From: the human T2T-CHM13v2.0 reference genome, Homo sapiens
Direction: 5' to 3' (one strand)
Assembly (NCBI RefSeq): GCF_009914755.1
Contig: NC_060938.1
DNA length: 64,000 nt
The translations under genes were made by a program, and so were the position numbers. Each line of letters opens with the position of its first letter. The first letter of the stretch is position 1. Positions 60,400 through 64,000 of this stretch are shown here, piece by piece. The notes beneath the pieces were generated by a model. The model saw only the letters and a list, made by a program, of their open reading frames with translations, did no database searches and was not told the DNA's origin.

Positions 60400-60850
60400 A
60401 TATTGACCTAGAAGAAATAGTTTAAAAAATGAATTATATATATTTTTTCATGGCCTCTTAAAAATAGTAGAAAAGTACAAACTGTTGTGGATATGAAGAG
60501 TGAAATAATGAAAATAAACCCAGTGTTAAACTCTAAGAAATAGAAACAAAATATAATTAAGAAAAATTGAATAAAATAAATAATAGAAAAGTAGAAATTA
60601 GTAAATTGGAAAACACACAAAAAATTGTGAAATTCAAGTTTCTTTATAGTGATTCTTTAAAAGGGCCTTTATACAACTTAGACAAACATGTAGCATTTCT
60701 AATCAAGAGAAAGAGGTAGAAAAACAAAATAAGAAGTGAAGAGAGAGCTAGAACAATAGTAACAGTGGAAAATTTAAAAAATATTTTACTCAGTACTAAT
60801 AAATGAGAAAATCTTAATGGCTTGGGTAGTTTGGGGAACACTTAAATTAT
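60400..60850 (+). mobile_element. Highly decayed A-rich L1 fragment
   Basis: Strong A/purine skew with L1 ORF2-like texture; weak call. Confidence 0.4.
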
Positions 60851-60911
60851 GATTGCATTCCTTTGAGTTCATTTGTTCATTATAAGCAATCTTTTATTGG
60901 TCACATGTAAC

Positions 60912-61420
60912 AGTGGTTCTCAGACTTTTTGGTGTTAGTAACTTTTATAATTTTAAAAGTTATTGATGACCCTCAAGACCTCTTATTTATGAAAGTTATA
61001 TCTGTTAACATTTATCATATTAGGAATTAAAATTTGGAAACTTTGAAATGTTCATTTATTCATCAAAAATTATAAACCTATTACATGTTACCACAATGTA
61101 TTTTTATGAAACATAACTATATTTTCCAAAACAAAAAAATTTTGTGAGATGAGTAGCATTGTTTTACATTTTTGCAAATCTTTTAAAAATGCTTGGCTTA
61201 AGAGAAGAAAACTAGATTCTCACATCTGCTTCTGTGTTGAGTCTGTTGTATGTTTTGGTTGAAATAAATGAAGACTATCTGGCATCTATAGATACCTATT
61301 TGGAAAAGGGATAAGCATTTTAATAATAGCCTTTTCAGGTAATTGCTGACATTGTTTTTGGACATACTTAGTTACATGTATTTTTAACTCCTTTGAATCA
61401 TGGTGGAAGTAAAGACATAC
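60912..61420. mobile_element. hAT-Charlie DNA transposon end (Charlie1-like)
   Basis: CAGTGGTTCTCAGACTTTTTGGT...TTATTGATGACCCTCAAGA...GAGTAGCATTGTTTTACATTTTTGCAAATC. Confidence 0.7.
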
Positions 61421-61609
61421 CTTATTTAGTGCAGTGGCATTAATGGAAATCAGAGTATTAGTTGAATTTGCCCTTCCTTTCCCCGAAGTAGAATTATAGT
61501 AAAGGTCTGTATGCAAATGCTAGCTTGGTTTAGTGGGACATCGTTCTTTCAAGTCTCCAAAGTCCTGAATGCTCCTGTGGCCATGGTGCTTTCCCTTATT
61601 ACTCGTATG

Positions 61610-64000
61610 CAGACATACCTCAGACATATTGCTGGTTTGGTTTCTGACCACCACAGTAAAGCAAATATCATAATACAACAAATAGCACAATAAAGTGACT
61701 AGCACAATAAAGTGTGTCACACAAACTTTTTGATTTCTTAGTGTGTATGAAAGTTATGTTTACACTATACTGTAGTATATTAAGTGTACAATATCAATAT
61801 GACTAAAAAACAGTGTGCATACCTTAATTAAAATATACTTTACTGCTAAAAATTGCTAACAATCATCTGCGCCTTCGAAAGTGACTATAATCTTTGTGCT
61901 AGTAGAAGGTCTTGCCCAGATGTTGATGGCTCCTGACTGATCAGGATGGTGATTGCTGAAGGTTGGGGTGGCCTTGGTGATTTCTTAAAATGAGACAACA
62001 ATGAAGTTCGTTGCATTTATTGACTCTTCCTTTCATGAAAGATTTCCCTGGAGCATGTGATGCTGTTTGATAACATTTACTTACTGGAAAATTCCTCGCA
62101 AAATTGGAATCAATTCTCAAACCTTGCCACAGCTTTATCAACTAACTGTATATGTTATTTCTGAATCTCTTGTCATTTCAACAGTGTTCACAGCATCTTC
62201 ACCAGGAGTAGATTCCATATCAAGAATCATCCCTAAGAAGCCCAAACTCCTCATTTGTTCAAGTTTGATCATGAGATTGCAGCAATTCAGTCACATCTTC
62301 AGGCTCCACTTCTAATTCTAGTTCTCTCGCTGTTTCTGCCATATCTGCAGTTATTTTCTCCACTGAAGTCAGACCCTGAAAGTCATCTGTGAGGATTGGA
62401 ATCAACTTCTTCCAAATGCCTTTTAATGTTAATATTTTTTATCTTTTCACATGAATCACACATGTTCTTAATGGCATCTAGAATGGTGAATCCTTTCAAA
62501 AAGGTTTTGAATTTGCTTTGCCCAGATCTATCAGAGGAATCATTGTCTGTAGCAGCTACAGCATTATGACATGTATTACTTAAATAACAAGACTTCAATG
62601 TCAGAATTAGTCCTTGACCCATGGGCTTTTGAATGGATGTTGTGTTAGCAGGCATGAAAACAACATTCATGTCCTTGCACATATCCATCGGAGGTCTTAG
62701 GTGACCAGATTCATTGTCAATGGGCAGTAACATTTTGGAAGGAATCTTTTTTTCCGAGCAATAGGTCTCAACAGTGGGTTCAAATATTAAGCAAACCATG
62801 CTGTAAATAGATGCGCCATCATTCAGGCTTTATTCTTCCATTTATAGAGCACAGGCAGTATAGATTTAGCATAATATTTAAGGGCTTTATGATTTTTCAA
62901 AATGACAAATGAACATTGGTTTCAATTTAGTCATCAGCTGCACTATCTCCTGAAAAGACACCCTTGCCTTTGAAGCTTTGAAACCAGGCATTGGCTTCTC
63001 CTCTGTAGCTATGGAAGTCCTAGACGGCATCTTCCAATAGAAGGATGTTTCATCTGCATTGAAAAGTCTGTTTTTCAGTGTAGCCACCTTCATCATTATC
63101 TTAGATAGATATTATGGATAACTTGCTGAAGCCTCCATATCAGCACTTGCTGCTTCACCTTGCACTTTTATGTTATGGAAACAGCATCTTTCCTTGAATT
63201 TCATGAACCAACCTCTGCTAGCTTCAGACTTTTCTTCTGCAACTTCCTCACCTTTCTCAACCTTTATAGGATTGAAGAGAGTTAGGTATTAGGATCTGGA
63301 TTAGGTTTTGGTTTAAGGGAATGTTGTGGCTGGTTTGATCTTTTATCCAGACCACTGAAACTTTCTCTGTATAAATGATAAGACTGTTTTGCTTTCTTAA
63401 CATTGTGTGTCATTGGCGCAGTGCTTTTAATTTCCTTCGAGGACTTTTCCTTTGCATTCATGACTTGGCTAACTGGTGCAGTTGGCCTAGCTTTTGGGCT
63501 ATCTCAGCTTATGATACACCCTCCTCAGGAAGCTTGGTCATTTCTGTCTTTTGATTTAAAGTGAGAAACCTGTGATTGTTTTTTTCACCTGAACACCTAA
63601 GAGTCCATTGTAGGGTTATTAATTGGCCTAATTTAAATATTGTTGTGTCTCAAGGAATGGGAGGTCTGAGAAGAGGGAGAGAGTTGGAGGAACAGTCAGT
63701 TGGTGAAGCAGTTGGAGTACATACAACATTTATTAAGTTTGCTGTCTTATATGGGTGCTTTTCATGGTGCCCTGAAACAATTAAAATGGTAACACCAAAG
63801 ATCACTGATCACATAACACCATGTCAGATATAACGATAATGAAAATGTTTGAAATATTGTGAGAATTACCAAAATGTGAAACAGAGACGTGAAGTAAGCA
63901 TATGCTGTTGGAAAAATGGTGCCGATAGACTCATTCCATGGCAGCGTTGCCACAAATCTTGAATTTGTAAAAAATGAAATATCTGCAAAGCCCAATAAGG
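61610..64000 (-). mobile_element. Near full-length Tigger1 DNA transposon with decayed transposase
   Basis: Terminus CAGACATACCTCAGACATATTGCTGGTTTGGTTTCTGACCACC. Minus-strand ORFs 62887-63096 (FNADETSFYWKMPSRT) and 62383-62799 (LLPIDNESGH...VVFMPANTTSIQKPMGQG) are pogo/Tigger DDE motifs. The far terminus lies just past the window end. Confidence 0.93.

Noticed and set aside
62383-63096. Domesticated Tigger transposase gene (TIGD1-like)
   Set aside because: The reading frame is broken by stops and frameshifts and catalytic motifs are degenerate; it is an ordinary decayed Tigger1.

Overview
Primate (most likely human) genomic DNA from the 5' end of MNAT1, which encodes MAT1, the CDK7/cyclin H assembly factor. 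In human this is chr14q23, head-to-head with SIX4. The window holds about 9 kb of upstream sequence, a CpG-rich promoter, coding exon 1 (ATG 9345, exon end 9433, donor GTGAGT) and about 54.5 kb of intron 1. Exon 2 was not found in the window. Intron 1 carries a full-length, sense-oriented MAD2L1 processed pseudogene (54331-55740) with a perfect 15-bp TSD and a single nonsense codon. It lies next to an Alu inside a decayed ERV-L internal region. The rest is mostly interspersed repeats: many Alus, L1, L2, MIR, MaLR LTRs, Tigger1, Tigger3b and Charlie/MER. Nearly all ORFs in the supplied track are repeat-derived or spurious. I found no convincing new gene system. The most unusual structures are: (1) a cryptic duplication bracketing the MNAT1 promoter/exon 1, with one near-identical 71-bp block and one diverged ~300-bp block; (2) an L1PA with an apparent 3' transduction; (3) an Alu plus L1 3' end enclosed in one TSD; (4) two retro-insertions at twin TAAGAAGC targets 34 bp apart; (5) a small orphan poly(A) retro-insertion; (6) several local duplications, some with templated-looking junctions. 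Repeat boundaries and subfamily calls are by eye and approximate.
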